The translations under genes were made by a program, and so were the position numbers. From assembly GCF_001194135.2 (NCBI RefSeq), contig NC_068985.1, positions 70,631,257 to 70,676,001 on the forward strand: DNA of 44,745 nucleotides, in the 5' to 3' direction. The stretch comes from Octopus bimaculoides (Eukaryota). Under the pieces are notes generated by a model. The model saw only the letters and a list, made by a program, of their open reading frames with translations, did no database searches and had not been told where the DNA came from. This document shows, piece by piece, positions 1-11,469 of this stretch. Numbering within the stretch: the stretch's first letter is position 1; every line of letters begins with the position of its first letter.

Positions 1-212
1 GTAAAATACTGTCTATGTGATCTCAAATTTTAAAGCAAACACATAATTTTCTTATGGTTTCTTAAACATTCACTTGAACAAAACTGTACAAATCCAAATA
101 TATGGTACCCTAGGCATAACACGTACATGAACTTCTAACTTGTTGTCTCTTGAGGTCTCTGGGTGAGACTTGGATCCAACTTGTACAAATGCAAAACAAA
201 AGTCAAACATAA
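1..212 (+). mobile_element. 3' end/UTR of an R4/Dong-like RLE non-LTR retrotransposon (family A), truncated by the window edge
   Basis: Bases 1-215 match the reverse complement of 4352-4566 with only 2 differences. That second copy is linked across a gap to RLE coding sequence (VKTYQKLSKYKDLEIEISKMW). It runs directly into (AAT)n. Confidence 0.8.
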
Positions 213-271
<59 letters not shown>

Positions 272-290
272 TGATGATGATAATAATAAT
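213..290 (+). repeat. (AAT)n microsatellite with (GAT)n interruption
   Basis: Directly visible. Confidence 0.98.
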
Positions 291-869
291 GCAGAGATGG
301 ACAAGAAACAATAAATCATAATGTCTCTGGCCTTCCAGTCCTGGCTAAGAATGAATATATTCACAGACACGACACAGTTGGGATCTACATACACTGAAAA
401 CTATGCCAACACTATAGAGTAACGTCAGAACAAATGAGAAAGCAACTATACTCTGGGATATGCCAATATACACAGACAGAAATTAAGGCCAATAGATGGT
501 ATATAGTTGTCAGAGATCACCAAGAAAAAATGCTTTCTAATCGATGTATCAATACCAACAGATGATAATGTTTCTCTAAAAGAAACGGAGAAACTTTGAA
601 AGTACAAAGACCTGGAAATAGAGGCAACTCGAATGTGGAGTCTAATGACAGAAACAATTCATATCATTGTTTGCGAATTAGGTGCGATGAAAAAATATTC
701 AAACAAAAAAAACAGGACTAAGACGTATATATAACATACAGAAAATAGCACTACTAGGCACCGCACACATCCTACATAAAACACTTTCAATACAGTAAAA
801 ATAAGAGCATCGTAACAAACCACAGTACATACCCAAAGTACACAGTACAGTGAAAGCACGTGATAAACT
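291..869 (+). mobile_element. 5'-truncated R4/Dong-like element (family B): CCHC zinc finger, RLE endonuclease and 3' UTR, degraded
   Basis: Frameshifted translation gives QETINHNVSG.PVLAKNEYIHRHD, KATILWDMPI.TD, KYKDLEIEATRMW and IQKIALLGTAHIL. The same 3' UTR (GTGAAAGCACGT) occurs at 7112-7585 and 12570-12884. Confidence 0.88.
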
Positions 870-986
870 GAAGAAGAAGAAGAAGAAGAAGAAGAAGAAG
901 AAGAAGAAGAAGAAGAAGAAGAAGAAGAAGAAGAAGAAGAAGAAGAAGAAGAAGAAGAAGAAGAAGAAGAAGAAGAAGAAGAAGAA
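870..986 (+). repeat. (GAA)n microsatellite
   Basis: Directly visible. Confidence 0.98.
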
Positions 987-1818
987 TGACTAGGAAAGTA
1001 GATTCTGATATCAGGAGGATAGACATGAAAAATATAGAAGTCTCTAACTTATTGATCCACGCAGGAGGGGCAGCGTATCATAGCAGTAGCAGGCAAGCTC
1101 TCCAGATATCAGAAAAACAGATCAGTATCAACAAAATAGATTATTTGAGACAGACCAAAGGAGATTTTATAACCAAATGAAAAGTGGAGGAGAAAGTACT
1201 GAAGATGAGAAACCTAATGGAGAAGAAGCTAAAAAGTTCTGGAGTAATATTCGGGATAAACCAGTGAATCATAATAGAGATGCAATATGGTTAAAGAAAA
1301 TGAGGCCAGAAGTAGTGAGTGAGAAGCAGCGAGATCTAAGATTAACTAGTGCATTTATGAGTAAAGTGTTTGGAAAAATGCCGAATTGGAAGGACCCGGG
1401 ACCAGATGTAGCTCATGGGTACTAGCTAAAGAAATTCAGTAGCTGATTTGGTAGTAGTAGATAAAGACAATAGAAAGTGCCAGATAATTGAATTTACAGT
1501 GCCAAATGATGAAAACATTAATATGAGAAGTATAGAAAAAATAGCAAATTACCAGGACCTAGGCATTGAATTACAGAGATTGGAAAGAGCTGGTGAAATG
1601 TATCCCAGTAGTTATAAGTGCATTGGGAACTATCCCTTAAGATCTGAACAGATGGATAGAGGAAATATGCATAAAACCCAGTTTAGTAAAGCTGCAGAAA
1701 AGAGTGTTATTAGGGACAGCTAGGATACGTAGGAGGGTTCTTGGCATTTAAAGCAATTTGTTGTGGCCCGATGTTAGGATTCTTTTCTTTTCCGACAGTC
1801 TAATCTGTTGAGTGTATA

Positions 1819-1820
<2 letters not shown>
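987..1820 (+). mobile_element. Internally deleted R4/Dong-like element (family C): pre-RT region fused to the RLE domain
   Basis: EEAKKFWSNI..KPVNHN..WLKKM...KMPNWKDPGPD.AHGY.LKKFSS (1177-1443) is followed immediately by DLVVVDKDNRKCQIIEFTVPNDENI...KIANYQDLGIEL (1445-1590). The RT core and zinc finger are absent. Confidence 0.85.
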
Positions 1821-1910
<90 letters not shown>

Positions 1911-1982
1911 AAGAAGAAGAAGAAGAAGAAGAAGAAGAAGAAGGAGAAGAAGAAGAAGAAGAAGAAGAAGAAGAAGAAGAAG

Positions 1983-2026
<44 letters not shown>

Positions 2027-2027
2027 A
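1821..2027 (+). repeat. Compound microsatellite (AAT)n(AAG)n(AAC)n
   Basis: Directly visible. Confidence 0.98.
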
Positions 2028-2477
2028 AACAAGATCCTATGGGATTCTATGATTCAGTGCGACCATGAGATAGAAAATAGGAAGCCAGATATAATCTTAA
2101 TTGAAAAAGAAAACAAACTATGCTGGATCATAGATATGGCATGCCCAGCTGACAACAAAGCATGCGATAAGGAAGAAAGAAAAGTTGAGAGATATGACAG
2201 GTTAGCCTGGGAAGTTATGCAGTTGTAGTCGATGAAAAAGATAGCATTAGTACCAATAATTCTCGGAGCCCTACGAACAATTAGCAAAAATATCGAGAAG
2301 TACGTGGGACAAATAGAGGCTGCAATAAGGATGGAGTACTTGCAGAAAACAACACTACTTGGAACAACCCGAATACTCCGGAAGTTGCTCGAAAAATAAG
2401 AGGTGAAACATTAGTTCACTGGTAGTGAACAGCTGACACCGCATTACATCTCCAGCGTTAGAAGGTGTGCAAAGGCA
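2028..2477 (+). mobile_element. 5'-truncated R4/Dong-like element (family D): RLE domain and 3' UTR
   Basis: KILWDSMIQCDHEIENRKPDIILIEKENKLCWIIDMACPAD...KVERYDRLAWEV and LQKTTLLGTTRILRKLL. It ends in (AAT)n at 2478-2497. Confidence 0.9.
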
Positions 2478-2511
2478 ATAATAATAATAATAATAATAAG
2501 AGCAATAATTA

Positions 2512-3185
2512 ATTCTTTTATTGGCCACAAGGGCTATTATAAGCAAACATAAAAGTACATGCAGCAACATAAGACAACACAGGACGATACAAATGGTTTT
2601 ACTCGTGTAAGCAATAGAAAACAATGAAAATTAAACAACGTAAAACACCCAGTAGGGGAGTCGCTTTAAAGGTCCTTGTGGAAAAACCCACAAAAGCCAT
2701 AGGTGCCTGATCAGCAGGGCAATAGCCCTTCTTTTATTTTTCATAGATATATGCTCAGAAATGGTCCTTTCATACTGATCATTCTTCTAGCATTCACCCA
2801 CCTTGCAGCAAACTTGCTAGAAGGCAACACTTTCCTCTCCACCGTCATCTTCTTTTTCAAGTGAAACTCGAAAAAGTTGATGAGGGCTTGGCTAAAGAGG
2901 AAAATGTCTGACTTTAGCACTTTCAAACGAGTCCACCATATTACCTCTTTCGCTACAACCACAAGACAAATAAAAATTGCCTACCCCGCCCGGCCAATGG
3001 AGGGCGGCGGGGCAATCTTCATTATAGGTTCAGCTGATAGCCGGGTCCGTCCTACACGCAACAGCAGGCGTTCGACATAAACCCACAGGTCAACAATGCT
3101 CGTGCACTGGACGAGGACGTGCAGAACGGTTTCGTCGCTCTGTGCGCACCTTTGGCAGAACCGGTTGACGGCACTTCCGTCCCAG
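2512..3185 (-). mobile_element. 3' fragment of a Tx1/L1-clade LINE ORF2 (C-terminal zinc-binding domain and 3' UTR)
   Basis: Minus-strand ORFs read FCQRCAQSDETVLHVLVQC (CCHC) and AKEVIWWTRLK...FFEFHLKKKMTVERKV. AATAAA lies at the 3' end (minus strand about 2517-2522). Confidence 0.75.
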
Positions 3186-4320
3186 TAAAGATTAGTTTTA
3201 TTCTTTTCTCTGGTTTTTAACTTCATCTGGCTGTTTGGTTTCCCTATGTCCTGCTGTGAGACTTAGCAGCTCTGAATAAACTTGCTCCATTACCTACATA
3301 GGTAGGTATGAATATTATAGCTAACTACACGCTGTCTTTTACTAATATTAATCCGCTTCCACCTTTCTTTCTCGGTAAGTATAATCTTGATACCCCTACC
3401 CTCGGGTGGAGTCATCCATTCATATTGAATTCTTTCCTAGTTCTTCTGTCTAGCTTTACTAATTCAGATTTTGATCAATCCAGCAAAGCTGCCGAGTATC
3501 TAATGATACTGCCCAAGTATTTACAGTCTTCACTAGATTCGGACCATTTAGCTTTGACTTCATTAGCTTCCTCACCCTTCTGATGTACACCTCAATTTTT
3601 GTTTTCATTTCTATACTTGGAACTGTGTAGGATTTTAATACACCTAGATATTTATAACTCTCTCTTTCTTTCAATGATTTTAATGTCTGGTCACCTGGTA
3701 AATGGATTCCTTCACTGTTGACTACCTGTTCTCTTTTCGGAACTAATATTGTGCACACTTATCTATGCCGAATTCCATACCTGTGTCTTTGTTGAAGAGT
3801 TTTACAGTCTGTATTAAGGAATTTATCTATTTTCCATTCGCACTAAAAAGCTTCAGATCATCCATGTAGAGTAATTGGTTCATTTTAACTCTACTATTTC
3901 TGAACTGATACCCAGTCTTTGCTTTCCTTAATACTAAACTGAGGGTATCATGCATAAGACAAATATTAAAGTGGATAACGAACCTCCTTGGAAAATTTCT
4001 CTTTTGATACTAACATTCCCTAAGACTGTTTACCTGAGTATTGATCTACTTTCCATTTCTTCATGCTAAAGCTAATTAATTCTCTTACGTTGTCTGCAAT
4101 ATTAAATATACTCAAACATTTGTTTATTCATGGGTGCTGGATCATGCCATAAGCTTTCTTATAATCTATCCATATTGTTAGATTTTTCTTTCTAGAATTT
4201 ACGGCATTTAGAACTGCTTTGTCTATGTAAATATAGATTATTCCTTCTCCTGCAACCATTATGTGTTTTTGGTAATTTCTGGTGGGGAGGCTCTGGTCTT
4301 GTGCAGCAATTAAAAATCCT
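3186..4320 (-). mobile_element. Degraded R4/Dong-like reverse transcriptase fragment
   Basis: Minus strand reads KREIFQGGSLSTLIFVLCMIP, then NQLLYMDDLKLFS (YMDD at 3857-3868), then ESYKYLGV...KLNGPNLVKTVNTWAVS and RLYLPRKKGGSGL. Confidence 0.9.
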
Positions 4321-4354
4321 TCAGTCTTTGCTTATTATTATTATTATTATTATT

Positions 4355-4839
4355 TTACGTTTGACTTTTGTTTTGCATTTGTACAAGTTGGATCCAAGTC
4401 TCACCCAGAGACCTCAAGAGACAACAAGTTAGAAGTTCATGTACGTGTTATGCCTAGGGTACCATATATTTGGATTTGTACAGTTTTGTTCTAGTGAATG
4501 TTTAAGAAACCATAAGAAAATTATGTGTTTGCTTTAAAATTTGAGATCACATAGACAGTATTTTACGTAGGATANNNNNNNNNNNNNNNNNNNNNNNNNN
4601 NNNNNNNNNNNNNNNNNNNNNNNNNNNNNNNNNNNNNNNNNNNNNNNNNNNNNNNNNNNNNNNNNNNNNNNNNNNNNNNNNNNNNNNNNNNNNNNNNNNN
4701 NNNNNNNNNNNNNNNNNNNNNNNNNNNNNNNNNNNNNNNNNNNNNNNNCAATAGGTATTGTTTTCGTCTTCAGATTCCACATTTTGCTAATTTCTATTTC
4801 AAGATCTTTATATTTGCTCAGTTTTTGGTAGGTCTTGAC
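4355..4839 (-). mobile_element. 5'-truncated R4/Dong-like element (family A), spanning the gap at 4575-4748
   Basis: VKTYQKLSKYKDLEIEISKMWNLKTKTIP at 4750-4839. The 3' UTR is near-identical to 1-215. It has (TTA)n on both sides (4333-4354 and 4840 onward). Confidence 0.85.
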
Positions 4840-4840
4840 A

Positions 4841-4932
<92 letters not shown>

Positions 4933-4988
4933 CATTATTATTATTATTATTATTATTATCATTATTATTATCATTATTATTGTTATTA

Positions 4989-5019
<31 letters not shown>

Positions 5020-5077
5020 CATTATTATTATTATTATTATTATTATTAGTAGTAGTAGTAGTAGTAGTAGTAGTATT
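4840..5077 (+). repeat. (TTA)n/(TCA)n then (TAG)n compound microsatellite
   Basis: Directly visible. Confidence 0.98.
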
Positions 5078-5094
5078 ATTTATTTTTTATTATA

Positions 5095-5780
5095 AGTTTC
5101 TATAAGTTTGAATTTTGGTTTGTATTTTATACAATTTGCCTCCAAGTCTAACTAACCAACAGGGAATCATACTAGGTTGTTGCAAAACATTGTTGTAAAG
5201 TTTGTTAGCAGTTCATGACTCTCTGGGAGAGCATTCAACCAGAAGTTAGGAATTTTATCCTTTCCTGGAGACTTCCATTTGCTTAACTTCCTGAGAGCAG
5301 ATCTTACATCTTCTACTTTGAAACCCTTCCATTTTTGCTCTTCTAAGTAGTTTAAATCAGTAGATGTGCTATCAATGCAATGGGCCTTTTTTTGTGTGTG
5401 TTTTTCCTTCAGCCAACATTTTATTCCCAAATTCCTGCACTTTTTCTTTTAATGGGACAGACTTTACTGTAACTGGTAGTTTCCCTGTCTTCCTGTAAAA
5501 CTTTTTGGAGTTATTGTTACTGTCCTTGAAGAATCTAACCCGCTTTAGTACATACCTTTTGCTTGATAGTTTCTATGATGGTATCGATGTTAATTATGGT
5601 TTTCATATTATATTCTTTTCTTTAATTTTCGGATTTCTGTTGGTTTGATAATTTTGTCAAACTCAGGGTTTTTAAACATTCTATGTCAGACCTAATTAGT
5701 TGACATTTGGTGTTGAATACGCTCTTGCCAAGTAGGCTTTTTGTGGGAATATTCCTTTGTGAGAGGTTTCTATTCGTAGG
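5095..5780 (-). mobile_element. R4/Dong-like N-terminal (pre-RT) ORF fragment
   Basis: KPTWQERIQ... and VEDVRSALRKLSKWKSPGKDKIPNFWLNAL on the minus strand. Confidence 0.8.
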
Positions 5781-5784
5781 TTCT

Positions 5785-6990
5785 CTCATGTCAATTAACA
5801 GGCATGTTTTTTTTATTTATATCTTTGATGATGATGTCTGGTCTGTTAGTATCTATTTGCTTCACTTCATGTAACATTCTCTCACTCAATGACCAGCTCT
5901 GGATGGTGTTCATACCAGTCCTTATGGTGCGGAATATCATAGTGGTGGCATACATCCCTGTGAAAATATTGACCAAGTTGATCATGCCTGGTTTTATATT
6001 CTGTAGGTGCAAGGACTGAGCAGCCGGCAACAATGTGGTCAATATTTTAATGTTTGTCATTGCAGTGTCTACTCTTTATGTCTACCTCATTGTGTGTGAC
6101 ATTAGGTTGATAGTTCCGGATGAGGAGACGCAGGTCTTGTGCTGCTAGGATGAATCCTTTCGTTTCGGCTTTCAAACGAACACTCTACAGCCTATGATGG
6201 GTTCTTATATCTACATCAGCTTCCCCTGCTCGTTTGAGTTATTGCCCATGCAATGGTACCTCCTTCCACAGTCTTGATATTTCCTACAGGCATTCATGTT
6301 CGCCCTTTGTTTTACACTTTTTTGGCTGCCTTAGTGGGTGGTGTGCCCTCCTTATCAGCGTCATAATCAGGCAAGTTAAGCTCTCGTCTGTATTTATATG
6401 CCCCCTTGGAGATTGAGTGCAGTTTCTTACTCTCTTCGTGTTGTCTTACCAGCTGCATCATCCAGTTAGTGTTACTTTGGAAATACACTTGATGACCTAA
6501 CGTGGTCGTTTTGAAGATGCTTAGGCCTCTGCCGATTTTCTTTTTTGGGAGATAGAGTATGTGGGCGCTTGATTTTGGGTGGTGCATCCTTTTACTGTCA
6601 GCAGTTTCCGGGTCGTTATGCCCATACGCAGGAGATCATTCAGATTCCAATTGATGACATTAAGATGATACTAGACAACTGGTACTGCCAGAGAGTTTAT
6701 AGCTGCAATTCTATTCTGGGAGTTCAGCTCAGTATTCAGGACCATTCTGATGCGTCTATAATATTCTTTCCTGATCTCTTCTTTCATTGATTCGTGTTGA
6801 ATCTCTTTCTTTTCATGTTCCCCATGACACTTATAGAAGCTTTCTTGTTCCAGGTCCTTCATACAGGTATTATGATCAAGTTGGGTCTTGCTAATAAATG
6901 TCAGTTTGCCAAATTCCGTATTGATGTCATCACTGACTTTTTCATTTCTTCGTAGTCCTTTCAGATCCTTGTCGTATTTTGCATCATCAT
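5785..6990 (-). mobile_element. R4/Dong-like RT thumb, zinc finger and RLE fragment, degraded
   Basis: KEYYRRIRMVLNTELNSQNRIAAINSLAVPVV, HHPKS..LYLPKKKIGRGL, NRPDIIIKD and KTCLLIDM. Confidence 0.88.
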
Positions 6991-7111
6991 AATCATTATT
7001 ATTATTGTCATTATTATTGTTGTTGTTGTTGTTGCTGATGTTGTCGTTGTTGTTGTTGTTGTTGTTGTTGTTGCTGTTGTTGTCGTTGATGTTGTTCTTG
7101 TTGTTATTCAA
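6991..7111 (+). repeat. (TTA)n/(TTG)n degenerate microsatellite
   Basis: Directly visible. Confidence 0.9.
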
Positions 7112-7585
7112 TAGTTTAATTTTTATAACGTGCTTTCACTTCACTACCGAGCGCAGTATGTGCTGTGGTTTGCTGTGATGCTCTTATGGTTACTGTATTG
7201 AAAGTGCTTTGCGTAGGATGTGTGCAGTGCCCAGTTGTGCACTCTGTATGTTATATATATTTTTAAGTCCTGGTGTTTTTCTTATGTATTTGTCTGAATA
7301 TTTTTTATCATACCTAAGGCGCCTACTATGATAGAAATTGTTTCTGTTTTTAGATTCCACATTCGAGTTACCTCTCTATTTTCAGGTCTTGGTATTTTGA
7401 AAGTTTCTCCATTTCTTTTATGGAAACGTTGTCATCTGCTGGTATTGATACATCAATTAGAAAACATTTTTTTTCCTTCATGATCTCTGACAACTATATC
7501 TGGCGTATTGGTCTTAATTTCGCTATCTGTGTGTATTGGCATATCCCAGAGTATGGATGCTTTCTCGTTTTCTGTGACCTTTTCT
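7112..7585 (-). mobile_element. R4/Dong-like family B 3' fragment, truncated by a gap
   Basis: EKVTENEKASILWDMPIHTDSEIKTNTPDIVVRDH. The 3' UTR is homologous to 291-869. Confidence 0.88.
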
Positions 7586-8339
7586 NNNNNNNNNNNNNNN
7601 NNNNNNNNNNNNNNNNNNNNNNNNNNNNNNNNNNNNNNNNNNNNNNNNNNNNNNNNNNNNNNNNNNNNNNNNNNNNNNNNNNNNNNNNNNNNNNNNNNNN
7701 NNNNNNNNNNNNNNNNNNNNNNNNNNNNNNNNNNNNNNNNNNNNNNNNNNNNNNNNNNNNNNNNNNNNNNNNNNNNNNNNNNNNNNNNNNNNNNNNNNNN
7801 NNNNNNNNNNNNNNNNNNNNNNNNNNNNNNNNNNNNNNNNNNNNNNNNNNNNNNNNNNNNNNNNNNNNNNNNNNNNNNNNNNNNNNNNNNNNNNNNNNNN
7901 NNNNNNNNNNNNNNNNNNNNNNNNNNNNNNNNNNNNNNNNNNNNNNNNNNNNNNNNNNNNNNNNNNNNNNNNNNNNNNNNNNNNNNNNNNNNNNNNNNNN
8001 NNNNNNNNNNNNNNNNNNNNNNNNNNNNNNNNNNNNNNNNNNNNNNNNNNNNNNNNNNNNNNNNNNNNNNNNNNNNNNNNNNNNNNNNNNNNNNNNNNNN
8101 NNNNNNNNNNNNNNNNNNNNNNNNNNNNNNNNNNNNNNNNNNNNNNNNNNNNNNNNNNNNNNNNNNNNNNNNNNNNNNNNNNNNNNNNNNNNNNNNNNNN
8201 NNNNNNNNNNNNNNNNNNNNNNNNNNNNNNNNNNNNNNNNNNNNNNNNNNNNNNNNNNNNNNNNNNNNNNNNNNNNNNNNNNNNNNNNNNNNNNNNNNNN
8301 NNNNNNNNNNNNNNNNATATATATCATATATATGTATGC

Positions 8340-8349
<10 letters not shown>

Positions 8350-8370
<21 letters not shown>

Positions 8371-8531
8371 CGACAGGCCTCTTTCATTGCCGTCTACCAA
8401 ATCCACTCACAAGGATTTGGTCGGCCCGAGGCTATGGTAGAAGACATTGCCCAAGACGACACGCAATGAGATTGAACTGGAACCATGTAGTTGGGAAGCA
8501 AACGTCTTACCACACAGTCATGCCTGCGCCT
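8350..8531 (-). mobile_element. tRNA-derived SINE family A, head and body
   Basis: Minus strand starts AGGCGCAGGCATGACTGTGTGGTAAG...GTTCCAGTTCAATCTC. Homologous to 11470-11888, 29333-29722 and 43886-44225. Confidence 0.85.
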
Positions 8532-8540
8532 AAAGTGAGT

Positions 8541-8659
8541 TGCATGCAGCCCCTAAGTTTCCCTAGCGGTCACCCATCTAAATTCTTACAAGACTCGATG
8601 TTGTTTAACTTCGGCGACCGGTCAAGAACCAGGGCATTGAACGTGCTGTAGTCGTAGAT
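8541..8659 (-). pseudogene. 5S rRNA pseudogene or 5S-derived sequence (119 bp)
   Basis: The reverse complement ATCTACGACTACAGCACGTTCAATGCCCTGGTTCTTGACCGGTCGCCGAAGTTAAACAACATCGAG...TAGATGGGTGACCGCTAGGGAA is colinear with metazoan 5S rRNA as I recall it, at roughly three-quarters identity by eye. Box A and box C are recognisable, helix I is broken and there is no T4 terminator. Confidence 0.9.
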
Positions 8660-10781
8660 AGGAAAATACAAGAGAAAAATACTTCAAAATGTTTGGAGCA
8701 AAAACCTAAGATTACCTATTAAAACCATATTCATTTCACAATACAGTAAACACTCAAATACTGGCATGAAAGTATTACACATAGATATTAACATAAAAGT
8801 AAAATACAATAAGAAAAACTTAGACGGCAAGTCTACATGAATTCAATCTGTATATAAGAAACATCACAAGAAATAAAAATATTCTATTTAGATCCATTCT
8901 TTAAATGGAATTGTGAAGATCCAGACATGTCAGATATGGAGTTAGAAACCACATGTAAAACTCTAATAAATATTTATGAAAAGAAATCTAAAATAAAATG
9001 TGAAGATTGTCCCATTTTCAATGAAAGATGCATAAAAGAAGAATTATTCCTCATATATACGAATATATATATGTATGTGTGCGTATGTGCGTGCTAGCGT
9101 GCGTGTGAATGTAAGTGTGTATGTATGTGTGTGTGTGGGTGTATCTAATGCTATAATATATCTATAAACGCACATAAAATTTATACACTCACTCACACAT
9201 ACATGCACACACACACACATACACACACACACATACACGCATTCAGATACACCCACCTATATATATTTATATTCCCGTGTATGTATAAGTGGTAGTTATA
9301 TCCAATTTTGATTACAAAACCTAATTTTGATCATTAGGTTGTGTTTGATGTACAAGTTGCTAATTTAATAAATTTAATGTTTCCAATAATTTTCCATCAA
9401 CACCCATTAGTTTTCAAATGTTTGATTGTGTAAAATGTTTCCAAGTAATATTTGCTAAGGTTTTTATCACCATAATTTAGGGTTTGTTTCCTTCACAACG
9501 AGATGTAAAAATTACGCGAACAGCAATAGAGATAATCATATGATAATTAATGAGGATGTTGGCGGTGACGATGTTTCTGATCTTTGTGCTTTTTGTGATG
9601 GTGGTGGTAGTGGCTATGGTGGTTGCCGGCGAGGTGGTGGTAATAATAACTGGGGCAATGTTGTTGATTAGCTCTGAACCAGTGTTAATATTCTAATGAC
9701 TCATTTTATTAATTATCCTATAATGTTCGTATGCTGCATGATTATGCTGTGAATTCGTTAATCCCGTTCACTTTTTATACTTTATATAATAAGACATGGA
9801 TACTTTCTCATAATTTTCAGAGGAAATTGTTTCAGTTCTCCAAACAGTGATTTTAATAACTGTTGCAATCTATTCCGTTTTAGTTAAGCGACTAAGGAAC
9901 GAACCTCTCAAATGCCATTTTGACATCTCTTTTCTAACAATTTGCAGGGTTGTTTATATTGGTTGTCCCACAGAGCACGTGTGACACAAAATGCATGATG
10001 TTATATTATTTTAAGCAATGTCTTGACTTAAGTATCTAATATATTTTAATTTAATATCTGCGATGAATCTAAAAATTCTTGGCTGCTATTTCTAACATGC
10101 AGCGAGGTTATGTAAAGAACACTTCATTAATATTGTTTTTGGTTTTGTTTTGTTTCTTTTGCCGTCGGCAGCGCCATCAATGTCATCGTTTCTACCATTT
10201 ATAGATCGAATAACAAGAGATAGTAATATTGATGTTTGTAATACTTCCTGATATAGATAAACGATATTCTTGATTAAAAGTACAACGGTAAACAGTATGG
10301 AAACTGCTAGAAGACAGAGAAAGAAGTGGAATAGATGTCAACATGAACTTAGGAGCGATGACGCAGGGTATCGTAAGTCTATGGATGCATGTATACGTGT
10401 TTGTATGTATGCATGTCGGTTTGTCCGCGTGTATGTATATTTGTATGTACGTATGTATATATGCATGTATTCATGCATGCATGCATGTATATATGTATTC
10501 ATGTATGACTGCATGTATGAATATATGTATGCATGCATGTTATTCGTACACAAAGTTTTTATTTGTCATTCACTTTGGAGATTTGCGTATGATATCATTT
10601 GTATCTTCGTATATAAATCAAGTGACAGAACGATATAAAGTTACCATCAAAGAAGTTAGGAAGTGACTTGATTTGTTGAATTATGAGACCTGATATCGGT
10701 CAAATGCTAATTCGATTTGCTGATACATGCTGCCATTTTTTGACTCTATACATGCCCTCTACAGCAGAAAAAGAAACAAAG

Positions 10782-11000
10782 CAGCGTGCTGGCCGATCGT
10801 CAGCACGTGGGGCAAAATGCTAAATGAAATTACCTTTTGAGTTCTTTACATTTTCAATTCAAATTCTAGCGAGGTCGTCTTTGTCTTTCATTCGTTCGAG
10901 TTCGATTAATCAAGTAGCAGTTACGTACTGGATTCGATCTAAATTGATTAACTCCTTCTTTCAAAACTCCAGGCTTTGTAGCTATAACAGAAAGGATGAT
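10782..11000 (+). mobile_element. tRNA-derived SINE family B, diverged
   Basis: GCAGCGTGCTGGCCGATCGTCAGCACG...GAGGTCGTCTTTGTCTTTCAT. Homologous to 12952-13165. Followed by (TTG)n(GGT)n(GGC)n. Confidence 0.75.
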
Positions 11001-11469
11001 TGTTGTTGTTGTTGTTGGCGGTGGTGGTGGTGGTGGCGGCGGCGGCGGTGGTATTTGCTTCTCACTGTTTCTATGCATTGGCTTGACCTTATTTAAAGGT
11101 CTCTCCTTCAGCTCGGTTATGGTATTTTTCAGCTAGTTCGCACCTTAGCCTGACTTTTCGCATCACGCATTATCCTGACTAATTGCCACACTCTATTAAT
11201 TTAGTCAGGGTGTCCAGTATTTCCTGGTTATTGACCTCCAGATCAAAGAGTAACTCTATATAGAGTTTGTATGAATATAATACATTGCACCCGTATCACT
11301 ATCCTGGTTGCCAATATTTTCATCTACCCCCACCTTCTTCTGACACCCCTGTGCTCTCAGTTTCATCAACCCTAATTTCATCGCTACTTTCGTCTTAGGG
11401 TTCACCAAAATCATACAGATCTTCTAATTTTCTCTTAATACCGCACATTATTTCTTCAATTATTACTCT

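Noticed and set aside
8903-9075. About 55 open codons (KWNCEDPDMSDMELETTCK...)
   Set aside because: No recognisable domain or splice signals; expected by chance in AT-rich DNA.
11220-11420. Possible degenerate RTE RT fragment on the minus strand (KVGVDE, ELLFDL)
   Set aside because: The motifs are short and not in the expected order.
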